DNA of 63,134 bases, the filler included, from Octopus bimaculoides (taxonomy: Eukaryota): NCBI RefSeq assembly GCF_001194135.2. It is 8 parts of 5 records of this genome, joined end to end, with 100 filler letters (N's around TTAATTAATTAA, not from the genome) between each part and the next. Parts side by side here need not be neighbours in the genome. Positions count along the whole stretch, not along the records: positions 41,412 to 52,412 come from NC_068994.1; positions 52,513 to 54,859 come from NC_068985.1; positions 54,960 to 57,359 come from NC_068983.1; positions 57,460 to 60,814 come from NC_068986.1; 4 more parts are not named here. The stretch is one strand, 5' to 3'. The notes under the pieces were generated by a model. It was not told the origin of the DNA and made no database searches. It was given only the letters and a program-made list of their open reading frames with translations. Positions 47,036 through 60,273 of this stretch are shown piece after piece (position 1 is the first letter of the stretch; every line of letters begins with the position of its first letter). A program made the translations under genes and the position numbers.

Positions 47036-48190
47036 CGTTTATACAGTACCACTGATATAGTACTTTTCAGTAACACTGAGCAGCTTGCGCGCTCGTACAT
47101 CTATCACGTTGAGATATTCGTATGTATGTATGTATGTATATAATCAGTAGGGTTGTTCTAGTTTCGAATTTTTCCGTGCGTTTTGATATTACACATGCTC
47201 CAAGGTTTGCCAAGTTCATACATCCTTACAATGACTTTCACACACTTTTTATAACCCACTGATAATAATAAATAGGGCGATATGTGTAATACATACATTA
47301 AAAATGGGTCAATCATATCTTAACTAAGTCGATAATGAAAACCACAAAATGGCGTCCACTCAATGCATAACTCGAAATTGTTTTTCTGCTTTTATTATTT
47401 CTTTTTTTTTCAAATTTTATCTGCAACGATCGATTTATTGAACAATGTTGTTAAATACAAAGGAAAAAAAAATAGGATAAAATTTCACTGGAATCCGCAC
47501 TTCGATCCTCCTTAATTTATTGAAATAGTAAGAATAATTTGAATGCGTTCGACTTTTTGCAGAAAGTTCGTTTCTTAAAATGAAAGACTGAAAACAGTCG
47601 TTTTAACACGTCGTGGCAACGGAAGCCGTCACTAACATTGTATTCATATCAAAGATAATAAACGTTCGATTTAATATTATATTTCAACATCTTTTTACAC
47701 TATACACGAGAAATGGTCTTATGCAATTAACCGAATCTCTCGTATCTTTATTCGGATATGCAATTAATCGATTCGTTTTGACATAGATTTTATGCACAGT
47801 ACTCTTCGTTTGAGTTTTAAAATGACATGTGATTCTCTTGTATATAGTGAAATAAAGAGGGACAGAGGCTAATACATTTATATGCATAGATATATACATA
47901 AATGTATAAATATATAGATGTATCTATATATATATACGTATATACAGGTGCGTATATTTTGAATATATGCATAACAATCCATACACGCATATATACATAT
48001 AGAGATATATTTATACATACATACACACATACACACACACGTACATACACAAACATACATAAATGCATACATACATACATACATACATAGGCACAGGCAC
48101 ACTTGCATAGGTGCACATATACATACATACATACGTACACGCATACATACATACATACATACATACATACATACATACATACATACATAC

Positions 48191-48419
48191 ATGGTGGTTG
48201 TCTACTCCTTAAACAGAGTTTGACCACCTCCTGCACCTACACCTTAGCCCTTTCATGGCGTCTGATGTGGCTTTTTAAACCAGACAGTGTTTTGAAAAAA
48301 CACCCACACAGATTGCACCTCTGATTTGCACTACCAATACCTGCAAGTAAGTTCTGCTCATTGTGGATCCTAACATGTCTTTTAAGACCCCCATTGGATT
48401 TGCAAGCCCTCTGGCACAT
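48191..48419 (-). mobile_element. RTE-like LINE extreme 3' end with C2H2-type zinc fingers, embedded in (CATA)n
   Basis: CQRACKSNGGLKRHVRIH and CNLCGCFFKTLSGLKSHIRRH..AKV-stop, short 3' UTR, then (TATG)n tail. The similar ..KV-stop ending at 23049 supports RTE origin. Confidence 0.6.
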
Positions 48420-48839
48420 ACATACATACATACATACATACATACATACATACGAAGACACCGGTGCACTTTCCTCTCTTTTTATTAGTAATCTTTAAAC
48501 CGGGAGACATTTATGCGTACATCGTCCTGTGACGAGCAAGCATTATCCTACGCAACGCACACCTTAGAGACCATAACAGTTTGATATATCTATTCCTGTC
48601 TAGCGTTTGTCGTATCTCATATATTTATGCTTTCGTATACGCACGCGCCCAGTCACAGATACAACCAAAAAGAGAACGTGAAGCGTACATATAGACACGT
48701 TGCATATTTAACATATTATGCCGTACGCACACTTGCGCCTGTTGTTTATCAAAGAGGTTGTGTCTGAGATAATTCGGAGGCATTCAAGGATGGCTTATTA
48801 ATATAAATATGCCACAACTAGATCTAGATAGACCGACTA

Positions 48840-48890
<51 letters not shown>

Positions 48891-49041
48891 CGCACAAACA
48901 CCAAACATATACACGCAACAGGCACAAATCATGAAGTGGAGGAGGATGTTGCGCACACGCACAAACACAAACACACATAAGTACAAATGTATGGACATGT
49001 ATGAATTATGTACACATGTGTACGTATGTATATATATGTGT

Positions 49042-49095
<54 letters not shown>

Positions 49096-49310
49096 ATGCG
49101 TGTGTGTGTGTATTCATATATGCAATCATATATACACACATACATGCACATTTACACTATATGCATCACCCTGTGTATATATGAAATTTATGTACGTATA
49201 TATTTATTTATTTATTCATATATTTATAAGTACATATATATGTATATGTTTATATATATATACATACATACATATATATACATATATATATATAGATATA
49301 NNNNNNNNNN

Positions 49311-49347
<37 letters not shown>

Positions 49348-49982
49348 AACATATCAATATCTACAAATTATGCGTACATATGTGTGTATGTATGTAAGTA
49401 TGTACGTATGTATGTATATGTACATGTGTGTATATGTGTGTATGTGTGTGTGTGTGTGTGTGTGCGTGCGTACGTGTGTGTGGTTTTATATTTAATTCCG
49501 TATATACGCATTTGTATATATGCCTAGCCGTTTTCTCCATTGATATATATTACATCATATCGTAGCTCTAAAAATGAATTCGTTCTACGTTTATCGAGAT
49601 CTTTACGAAGAGGATTTGCACGAAATAATTATTTTTGATATATTTGTGTAGTATTTATTTATATTTATTACAATAATTGCTATTTTTGTAAGTTGACTCT
49701 AAATAGTTTTAATGTATATTACAGGTTATTTTGCGCACACACTCTTACACACTTACATGCACTCGAACACACACACATATATGTGTGTGTGTGTGCCTGT
49801 ATGTACATGAATGTGTAACATATGCGTACTTTCTCTCTTTTTAATTTAGAATTAATTTTGTCCGTCCATTTGCTTGATAGCAAGTTTCTGAAGGAAAGAG
49901 TTTTGTTTTGTTCAGCATCCTTCAAATCGTAAAAATGTCATGCAGACATTTTATTGTCTCAGATATTCTTTAATTCTTCTAT

Positions 49983-50341
49983 TCTTTTATTTGTTTCAAT
50001 CATTTGAGTGTGACCATGCTGGAGCACCACCTTTAGTCGAACAAATCGACCCCAGGACTTATTTTTTGCAAGCCTGGTACATATTCTATCGGGCCCTTTA
50101 GCCGAACGGCTAAGTTACGGGCACTTAAATACGCCAACATCGGTTGTCAAGCGATGGTGGGAGGACAAACACAGACACACACACATATATAAATATATAC
50201 GACGGGCTTCTTTCAGTTTCCATCTAACAAATCCACTCACAAGGCTTCGGTGGGCCCGAGGTTGTAGTAGAAGACACTTGTCCAAGGTGCCAGGAACCCA
50301 GGACCTTGTAAGCAAGCTATTTACCACACAGCCACCCCTGC
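49983..50341 (-). mobile_element. Family A SINE, full length
   Basis: Tail, (TA/CA) spacer, central domain and head in normal order on the minus strand. Confidence 0.9.
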
Positions 50342-51845
50342 TTATTTGCAGCGCATAAATTAAGGAATTACATTCTAGCCCCCAGATGCCAAGTTCTATT
50401 CTTTGGCTTCAGGTGGGTAGAAACCGGGAAACCGAGCCCATGAACCTGGCTAGGCTGTAAAAGGGCGCATAAAATAATATATATATATATATGTTTGTTA
50501 GTGCATGTATGTGTGTCTGTATGTATGTATGTATGTATGTATGCATGTATGTATACATATATATAGAAGAATAAAAGGGATTTTAAAATTCCAGGCAGAT
50601 ATCATTAAAGCACTCAGCTTTGAACGAAGAAGAATGTTGAGTAATTCAGAGTATGTGACAATAAAAATGCGTGTAGAGAAAATCACATTTTTATTATAGA
50701 ATTTATCTTATGAAGCCGACAATCGTTTCTATTGTTCTAAAATATATAGATATAGAAAATATTGTTGAAATTAATATTTCCGAAAATATATGCTATGAAA
50801 ACGTTTTCAAGGCGATCCAAAATTAGTGAAATTCAAAGTGAACTAATGAAATATTTCCAGTACACGAACGCCTAGAAAAGGAAGGCTAAGAAGGAATATA
50901 ATCTAAGACATTTCTGTATTGAATTATTGATGTCGTCATTGGATAACGAAAGAAAAAAAAACAAACATAAAAATTCTACATTATTACAATTAGAAACATA
51001 AAGAAATATATTCTAAAAAAAGGAATTTTGTATTCAACTATTGGTTACGTCATTGGATATCTAAAGAATAAAAAATAAACATAAGAATTCTGCGTTATGA
51101 CAATTAGAAACATAGAGATTTTACGTCACGCCAATTAGCTATCTACTTATTAAATTTAGTAAAGTTTTTAGGAAAATTATCCTTAGTATATAATATAAAA
51201 AACAGATAGAATTATGAATTGAAATATCTAAATGTTTTCGGAAAGTTATGGCAACGTTTCATTGTAAAACTCCTATTAAAATTTAATAAAATCAATTTAA
51301 AAGTTATTATATGATATATTTCTTCTAGACCAAGATCACATGTAAATTTAACAATATTGTATGATGGTGCGTAACTAATAATGTACCACTTTAAATCATA
51401 CTTAATGTACAGTTAGCAGCAGGGGTTGCTGTGTATGCGAATAAAAATCCAAACATGGGGAATTCAGTTGAGGAAATCCAAGCTACACATGTTTTATAGC
51501 TAGCAAAACCTCGGGAATAGTAATCGCCCAAACGAGGGATAGTTCGATGGCTAATCATCAGGTCAAAGATACGTTAATCAAACGAAGATTACATTGTCAT
51601 CAAGGGATCCCATATCAAAAAATGTGGAAAGCAGAGAAACTGAGAAGAAATGTCTTTCGAAATTTACGGCAGCATTTCATTGTAAAACTTCTCAATTTCT
51701 GTGCTCTCCGGGCATTTTCGATCGAATCTCCTTCGAGTCAATATGGTATCCCTTAATGAAAATGTAAACTTCATTTGATTAAGGTATGTTTGATCCAAGG
51801 AGCACTCACTACTTTCGAGGTTCTGCTAGCTATAAAAAATGTGTA

Positions 51846-51881
<36 letters not shown>

Positions 51882-52519
51882 ATATTGGATATGTACATAC
51901 ACACACACACATACTCACACGCACACACATATATATGTATGCACACGCATATATATTTATATGTGTATTATACATGTAAGGATATTAATGTAACATGTAT
52001 TATATAACAAGCAGGATTATGAAACAGCTGTAAAAGAATGGAATAAAAATCTATTTTCTCACCTCACATCCCTTATCACTTCTATTCATATAGAGACATA
52101 TATATATCTTCATACATACATACATACATGCATATACAATCATAGATACATATGTGCATATGCGTGAGTGCGTGTGCATGTGTGTGTGTATGCGTGTGTT
52201 GTTTCTGTGTGCTTGTGTATGAAACGCAGTAGACATATTCTCAATTTTCTTAGTTCATTTCGTTAATTTTCGATGTCAATAGTATGCGACATTGGGTCTT
52301 ATAAACGAAGACTACTTCTCTATCTGCCCTCGACGACGGCATATGCGTTGTCTTTGAATGATAGGATTTATAGATTATGTCAGAGTAATATATATATATA
52401 TATATATATATANNNNNNNNNNNNNNNNNNNNNNNNNNNNNNNNNNNNNNNNNNNNTTAATTAATTAANNNNNNNNNNNNNNNNNNNNNNNNNNNNNNNN
52501 NNNNNNNNNNNNCCACCAA

Positions 52520-52564
<45 letters not shown>

Positions 52565-52730
52565 TATCATCATCACCATCATTAACACCATCTACATCAT
52601 CATTGCCATCATCATTATGGTTGCTATCTGCCCCCAAATCATCAGCACTACCGTACAAGACCACCACAACTACCACCACCACCACCATTTTCCTCTTCAT
52701 CCTCACGACGACGACTACCAGACATTCTTA

Positions 52731-52950
52731 TTTCTTTACTGCCCACAAAGGGCTACACACAGAGGGGACAAACAAGGACAGACAAACGGATTAAGTCAAT
52801 TATATCGACCCCAGTGCGTAACTGGTACTTATTTAATCGACCTCGAAAGGATGAAAGGCAAAGTCGACCTCGGCGGAATTTGAACTCAGAACGTAGCGGC
52901 AGACGAAATATTGCTAAGCATTTCGCCCGGCGTGCTAACGATTCTGCCAG
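52731..52950 (-). mobile_element. Family B CORE-type SINE with target-site duplication
   Basis: ccagacattcttat is repeated at 52718-52731 and 52947-52960. Confidence 0.9.
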
Positions 52951-53034
52951 ACATTCTTATCAATATTAAACCCTCACCGCCACCATCATCCCCCTCAACC
53001 TGCTTCTATTCCTCCTCCTCCTCCTTCTACTTAT

Positions 53035-53116
53035 CGTCATCGTCATCATCGTCATCATCATTATCATCATCATCATCATCGTCGTCACCGTCGTCGTCGT
53101 ATTCATCATCGACATC

Positions 53117-53149
<33 letters not shown>

Positions 53150-53165
53150 GTCGTCGTCCTCGTCG
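53035..53165. repeat. (CAT/CGT)n microsatellite (also 52515-52620)
   Basis: Directly visible; explains the poly-D/poly-S/poly-M ORFs. Confidence 0.95.
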
Positions 53166-53654
53166 TCCTTTCTCGCCAAGAACAACATCTTAATCATTTT
53201 CTCCTTCTTTCCGGCAGATCCCTTTCCCATCATTCTGCTTCTCCTTCACTCTACTCTCTTCCTCTTCTTCCCCGCCCAACCCCACACGAACACCTACTTC
53301 TCTTACCATTCCTCACCTTTTCTTTTGTCTTTTACGTTAACCTCGTAAAATTGCTATCAATCATTTGCCAGACATGTGACCATTTCTATAATTCATTAAT
53401 CAACTGGTTGTTATGAAACACTTTTATCCACCACCCAGGCATGAAAGACAAGGATGTAGGAATAGGTTGAGTAGCCACAGCAGCAGATGGTGGCGATGGC
53501 AGTAATGTGGGGAGGGGTCAGGGCCGCAAGAGAAACCGCAGTAAATATAGATTAAGAAATTCGGCGGAGTGGTCGACGTGTTTATAACATAATTGTTTTC
53601 ACCCTTGTGGCAAATAAATGAAATTATTATTATTAATGTTGTTGTTGTTATTGA

Positions 53655-53704
<50 letters not shown>

Positions 53705-54400
53705 GGCGCAGGAGTGGCTGTATGGTAAGTAGCTTGCTTACCAGCCACATGGTTCCGGGTTCAGTTCCACTGCGTGGCATCTTGGGCAAGTGTCTTCTAC
53801 TATAGCCTCGGGCCGACCAAAGCCTTGTGAGTGGATTTGGTAGACGGAAACTGAAAGAAGCCCGTCGTNNNNNNNNNNNNNNNNNNNNNNNNNNNNNNNN
53901 NNNNNNNNNNNNNNNNNNNNNNNNNNNNNNNNNNNNNNNNNNNNNNNNNNNNNNNNNNNNNNNNNNNNNNNNNNNNNNNNNNNNNNNNNNNNNNNNNNNN
54001 NNNNNNNNNNNNNNNNNNNNNNNNNNNNNNNNNNNNNNNNNNNNNNNNNNNNNNNNNNNNNNNNNNNNNNNNNNNNNNNNNNNNNNNNNNNNNNNNNNNN
54101 NNNNNNNNNNNNNNNNNNNNNNNNNNNNNNNNNNNNNNNNNNNNNNNNNNNNNNNNNNNNNNTGTGTGTGTGTGTGTCTTTGTGTGTGTGTGTGTATGTT
54201 TCTGTGTCTGTGTTTGTCACCCCAACATCACTTGACAACCGATGCTGGAGTGTTTACGCCCCTGTAGTTTAGCGGTTCGTCATAAGAGACCGATAGAATA
54301 AGTACTAGGCTTACAAAGAATAAGTCCTGGGGTCGATTTGCTCAACTAAATGTGGTGCTCCAGCATGGCCGCAGTCAAATGACTGAAACAAATAAAAGAA
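53705..54400 (+). mobile_element. Family A SINE, full length (gap over internal microsatellite); tRNA head, MetaSINE-like central domain
   Basis: A box tggctgtatggtaag, B box ggttcagttcc, central ccgaccaaagccttgtgagtggatttggtagacggaaactg (Meta-domain assignment from memory), tail aaatgactgaaacaaataaaagaa. Confidence 0.9.
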
Positions 54401-54410
54401 CATCATTATA

Positions 54411-54625
54411 AAGGCAGCCAGCTGGCAAAATCGTTAGCACGCTGGGCAGCATTGCACCTGTCGCTACAATTTGAGTTCAAATTCCGCCGTGATCGACTTT
54501 GCTTTTCATCCTTTCGAGGTCGATAAATTTAGTACCAGTTGAATACTGGGTTCGATCTAATCGACTAGTCCCTTCCCCCGAAATTTCAGCCCTTGTGTCT
54601 AAAGTAGAAAGGACTATTATTATAA
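54411..54625 (+). mobile_element. Family B CORE-type SINE
   Basis: gctggcaaaatcgttagcacg head, gagttcaaattccgcc B box, catcctttcgaggtcgataaatttagtaccag core, (TTA) tail. Confidence 0.85.
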
Positions 54626-54628
54626 TGA

Positions 54629-54840
54629 GGACGCATGGCCAAGTGGTTATTGTGTGGCACTCACGATCGCGACATCGTGGTTTCAATTCTGAGACCAGGT
54701 GGTGCATTGTGTTCTCGAGCATTGTGTTCTCATGTTGTTCTGTGATCACTTCGACACCTGACGCGTCGTACACCGTGTACCTGTTCAGGCAATATCGATT
54801 TGATGGTGGCACAGAGCTAATGCAGGGCACTATAAACAAA
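54629..54840 (+). mobile_element. tRNA-derived SINE (family D)
   Basis: A-box-like tggccaagtggtt and B-box-like ggtttcaattct followed by a body unrelated to families A-C. Confidence 0.5.
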
Positions 54841-54959
54841 TTATTTATGAAGGACGTTCNNNNNNNNNNNNNNNNNNNNNNNNNNNNNNNNNNNNNNNNN
54901 NNNTTAATTAATTAANNNNNNNNNNNNNNNNNNNNNNNNNNNNNNNNNNNNNNNNNNNN

Positions 54960-55000
<41 letters not shown>

Positions 55001-55436
55001 TAGGTTTAAAGTTATCACTTAGGCACTTTAAAAATTTCTTTGAAAAAGGAGCTTGACAAAATTACCTAAATTAGCATAGAATAATGGTTTCATATTTTTT
55101 TATAATTAAGATCTAAATGTTAATATATGAATGTGAAAGAGACAGTTGAATAACTGTAAATCTACTTTTGGGTCACCCTGTGTATATACTAAGGTACTAC
55201 ATAAGCACTTGCTTCACTAAAAATAGAAGTCAAAATACTTCTAAGCTACAGAAGAATCACAAAATTAATACAGGCGAGATAAGAAAACATTTTAGTGAAC
55301 AGGAATAGTGTCTTACCTCTGCCAAAGATGCAAGAGGAATGTTGGTTAATTTGATATGATTTCGAATTTAGTGCCAAAGGTGCCTGAATCTCTCCAAATC
55401 TACCAGGGACAGCTACTAGAATTCACCTCTATATAT

Positions 55437-55625
55437 AATCATCATCAATGCCTGTGTTCCATACTGGCATGATTTGACAGGAGCTGATAAGCCAGAGGAC
55501 TGCACCAAACTCCACTCTCTGCTTTGGCATGTTTTTTATGGTTGGATGCCCTTCCTAACACCAACCACTTTACAGAGTGGACTAGGTGCTTCTTATGTGG
55601 CACCAGCACCAGCAAGGTCACCAAG
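55437..55625 (-). mobile_element. 3' end of the composite repeat family (cf. 4701-5463)
   Basis: ggttggatgcccttcctaacaccaaccact is the reverse complement of the family 3' block; (CAT)n tail at 55437-55447. Confidence 0.7.
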
Positions 55626-56117
55626 TAACTTGCAAGATAAAAACCCTTTGAGAGGGAGGATAGTATTGAAGGAGATGGCTTTGTACCATGAGGTGAGAGG
55701 TCAGAGTATGACAGAGGGACAAAAACATCTGACTTGCCATAGAGGAGGGACATGGTTACTCTAGTCAGAGTGAGTGAGCAAGAGAGAGGAAGAGTGAGAG
55801 TGAGAGAGAGCAAGGGAGAGGGTGGCAATGTGCCATGGCATACTCTCAAGGTGAAAGGAAGTGAATAGAAATGGAATGACAGAGGATTGCCTGGGGGTGA
55901 ATGAGTAGAGAGTTCACAAAGATGCAAAAATGGGGTGAATACAGTGACTGCTGAGTCCCAAGTATATAGGTAGGGAACGGCAGGATAGCAATGATACAGT
56001 TGTCCGGGTGGGAGGACAAGAGTGGGGAAGGAGAGATTAGCATAGTGCATGAAGAAGAGAAGATAAGAGGAAATGTAGTTTGGTGTACTGGGGTAGGGTG
56101 TGTGAAATTAATGTTAC

Positions 56118-56799
56118 GTGTGGGTGGAAGACACAGCACTTCCAGAACTGTTTTGCTGAGGTGGTCAGATCTTATACTAAATTGGCTGAATTATTTTAGG
56201 TCAGCGCCCAAGGTAATTTCCAGAAATTCTAGTTCTGGCTGTGCTTCCAGCTGGGCATAGCTAGTTTCAAATAAACTCTGTAAGTATAAAAATGCTCACA
56301 GAGCAAGAAACCATTTTATACACACTTGTCCTGTACCCAAGCATTATGAAAGCAATTGTTCAACATAACTTTACTAATAGGATGGATCCAGCTTCCAGCT
56401 GAATCCATTGTGAAGATCACCTCATGCTTTCTTTTGGGAAGGATTGGCAAGAGAAGTTATGTGATGGACCAAATTGAAAGGCCCAAAGACAGACACCCTC
56501 CTCTTTGGCAAAATCCTCATCAGCTTTTTCAAGTTGAACTTGAAAAGGAAAGTGAGCAATTTCTAAATTGTTGCGTTCCGCACATAGAGTGACTGTATGA
56601 CTTCATTTCTTGTGCTGGCATTTTATCTGTCATGGGGGACCTGAAAGAAATAAAAACCTTTTAACTGATTTGAAGAGTAGTATACCAATAAATAAATGTC
56701 CTCAAATACCCCTGCACTAAGTATGGGGATACAGTACAATGATCAGCATGGCGTTTGCTCATAGGTTTGTATGATCAGCACACAGGCATGAGGCTGATA
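56118..56799 (-). pseudogene. Possible decayed three-exon coding segment (56799-56710, 56640-56375, 56277-56118), identity unknown
   Basis: Three polypyrimidine-CAG acceptors and phase-compatible GT donors give 69- and 97-nt introns and one continuous frame without frameshift, but with six stops. Confidence 0.35.
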
Positions 56800-57899
56800 C
56801 TGTTAAGAGAACTATATCTTATTAACGTATGCATACGCACAAACACCCACATTTAAGTAGACAACACACTGAAATAATGCACACAATCACAGAGCCAAAC
56901 AATCACTAATAACCCCCACACACACACCCACATACACACATTTCACAAACATACACAAATAAACAAACAAATGAACAAACACACAGACATGCAAGTAGAC
57001 TACATACTGAAATGATTCACACAATTTCACACACAGAGCTACATAATAAACACACAGACATATACACACATACAGGCACACACACGCATGAGTTAAGGGT
57101 GTTTGTATATGGTCTATCAAGTTGCTAGAAATAGCAGTCAAACCTTTAAATCTCATCCTAACATCTTAAAGGAAAAGGCCATATTAATTAATGTAGTTCT
57201 AGATGTACTCATAATAAGAGGTGATGGTCAATGTTGGAATGCCTTTGATCATAGATTGACTCAAGGTTGACTTAGGCCTAAACAGCAACACACATTCAAG
57301 TGAACAGCATACATATACATACACAACTGTACGCTAACAAATAGCATACATACGCACACNNNNNNNNNNNNNNNNNNNNNNNNNNNNNNNNNNNNNNNNN
57401 NNNTTAATTAATTAANNNNNNNNNNNNNNNNNNNNNNNNNNNNNNNNNNNNNNNNNNNNAAAGGCAAGTGTTTTTTACTCTTCTCTATTGTTTTTTGTTC
57501 TGTGTGTATCAAAAATATCGCTATCAATCTGGAGTAATAATTTGTAGTTTTGAAATCAGTAGTTCTTTGACTGCTATTTATGAATTCTCAGTATGTTGGA
57601 GAAGCAGGTTACTGTCAATCCCTATATATTTATGATTATAAATTTTTTACCGAATGAAGGTTTTTTCATACTGAGCTACCCGGCAGAATTGTTAATTATT
57701 AATTTTATTACTAATTGATGATTCCCTGCCCTGCATATCTATATTTTAATTATATATATATATATATATAAGTAAGCAGAGTTAGCGGTTGTAGTAACCG
57801 ACTACGGGTTAAAAATATCCGTATTTACTATCGGTATCAGTTACCTGTGCTATCCTTCGGCATGGGTATACAGGCACACTATCAAATTTAAATAATTAA

Positions 57900-58051
57900 A
57901 AAATGGAGAAAACTTTTGATCAACAAACAAGCAAATTAGACCACATCTGTAGATTATTTTTAATACAAAACATGACATAACATTTCTATATCATAGAAAT
58001 GTTATGTCATGTTTTTTTTTTTTTTTGCTATTCAAAAGTTTTCTCCATTTT
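57900..58051. repeat. Nested perfect inverted repeats (20-bp outer, 23-bp inner hairpin)
   Basis: 57900-57919 / 58032-58051 and 57967-57989 / 57993-58015 are exact reverse complements. Confidence 0.9.
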
Positions 58052-59049
58052 CTGATTATATATATATCCAGGATTTAATATTTATACAGGTATTTATATT
58101 GCTATCATCATCGAAGGCAAAATAAGTGTAGCAGGTAGACGCATGCATATATATATGTATGTATGTATTTATTATTCTTATACCAGAATGCTGTTGACAG
58201 TGACTTCAAAGTTTCGGCCAGCTAAGCCATCGTCTGCTGACGAGGTGGGCAGGCCAACATCCTCCTCACACTGAACGAGGAGCCAGTTTGTCACATATTT
58301 ACCAATTTACAATTCAATAGACTGTAGCAACGAAAGTGTTTTGCTCATGAACACAACGAATCGCCTGTTTGAGAACCACAAACCACTGAATCACTATATA
58401 AGTTTTGCCTTGTGTAACTTAGTCTGCTTGAATGTGTCTTTCGTAGGTGTATCCGCACGTATGTCTATGTAAAAATCATCGTGTATGCATTTGTTCACAC
58501 AGCATTGTGAGCTTATCTATGTATATATCTGTACTTGTTAGCGTTTGTCTGTATACATCCCTCAGATGTTTATCTCCCTGCGTGTATATGTCAGTATGTA
58601 TGTGCATCATTTTATTTGTAAATCTGAGCATTTGTATTTTGTATTTATCCTGACTCAGAAAGAAAAGTGGATAACTTCCCTTTTACAATTAATGATATAG
58701 AGATGAGGTAAGTGAATGATATAAACAGAGAAAGTTAGGTAGCATTCTGAAGTTTCATTGCATGAAAACCGATTTAATTTTTTTGTTTTTTAGCACAAGA
58801 TCTTTTATGTGTATCTTTTATGTATGCGTTTGTATAACGAATATATGCATTTCGGTACGCATGTAATTATGTGTGTAATTTTGTAAATGTCTAAGAATCT
58901 AAATTGTGTGTTTACGTATGTATATTTAAGTGTATATATGTATGGTGTGTCTGTATATATAGATATGCGTGTTTTATTTAGCAAGAATATTTATGTTTTA
59001 TAGAAAAAGGAATTACGTGCAAATATAGGTTTCTTTGATATGTTGCCTG

Positions 59050-59093
<44 letters not shown>

Positions 59094-60194
59094 CTGTCTG
59101 TCTGTCTGTGTGTGTGTTTGTGTGTGTGTGTGAGTGTGTGCGTGCGTGCGTATATGCTTTATATGTGTGTTTGTGCGTTCGGTGTATGTGTGCATGCGCG
59201 TGCGTGTGTATTTTCGTGTGTGAACGCACGTGTTTACGTTTTAGCGATAAATTTATTTGTAGGTTTTTATTCCAAATGGTATGTAAATGTACGTTACAGG
59301 GTGAAAAATACGATGAAAGCGCTCATGACATAAAAGTTTCGAGTAATCATTTTTTTTTTATATATATTCATACAATTATAAGAATACACGGTAAAATCTT
59401 TGATACAGTAGAATATTTTCATATTCAAAAAATATTCTTGTACGAATTAATTTTCTTTTAGACAAACACAAATTCTCAAATATTGCTGTAAATATAATGG
59501 TAATACTTGTCTAACGCACATGGATCTGAATAAATTTATGCCTCTGTGTGTATATGTAAAAGATATTGCGTCTATGTGTGTGTACACACACATGCGCGCT
59601 CGCATATATATACATATATATATATACATACATACATACATATACATACATTCATACGTAAATTCATACATATATAGTTACATAATACATGCATATTCAT
59701 ATATATTTCTTGTGTCTCTATGTATAAACACTTCGACTGTTCGCCAATACTGTCTTCTCAGAATATATACACATACAATCACACGTACACGCATGCACAC
59801 ACATGAACAAGCGCGCGTGTGCACACATACACACACAGGGATTTTCGTGAGCATTCCATGCGCTATTTGTCTGAAAGCTTTCGCTATGATGACGAAAAAA
59901 TAGATCCAGTAGTTTCTAGCCAATTCTACTTCTTCTAAGACATCCGACGTCACACAACATCATGTTTCTACCTTAGAGTCAAGCTTCTCACGTCTTATCT
60001 ACATCCCTCCCAACACTGAGAACAATACCTTGTTTACTTTAATTTCAATCAAAATATGACGTCTACGCCTATGTAGACTTCATTATCCCTGTCTTTCACT
60101 GATTTTACCTGGATCTCCAACTTGGCATTGATGTCTGGTGTCTCCCACTTAACAATATATAAGTATATATGAACATAGCAAAACACACGTGCAG

Positions 60195-60273
<79 letters not shown>

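Noticed and set aside
48237-48461. Host C2H2 zinc-finger gene exon
   Set aside because: No splice acceptor, start lies in a microsatellite, and the ending resembles the RTE 3' end at 23049; treated as LINE-derived.
50925-51120. Two ~115-bp tandem copies, plus a further short repeat at ~51230/51650
   Set aside because: AT-rich decayed repeat with no ends, ORF or motif that I could assign.
53705-53780. tRNA genes at SINE heads (also 19883, 31620, 54411, 54629)
   Set aside because: A and B boxes are present but there is no complete cloverleaf, and each continues into a SINE body.
55000-55183. Solo TIR-like end ttttgggtcaccctg similar to the maT TIR
   Set aside because: No partner TIR or transposase sequence visible before the scaffold linker; too little to annotate.
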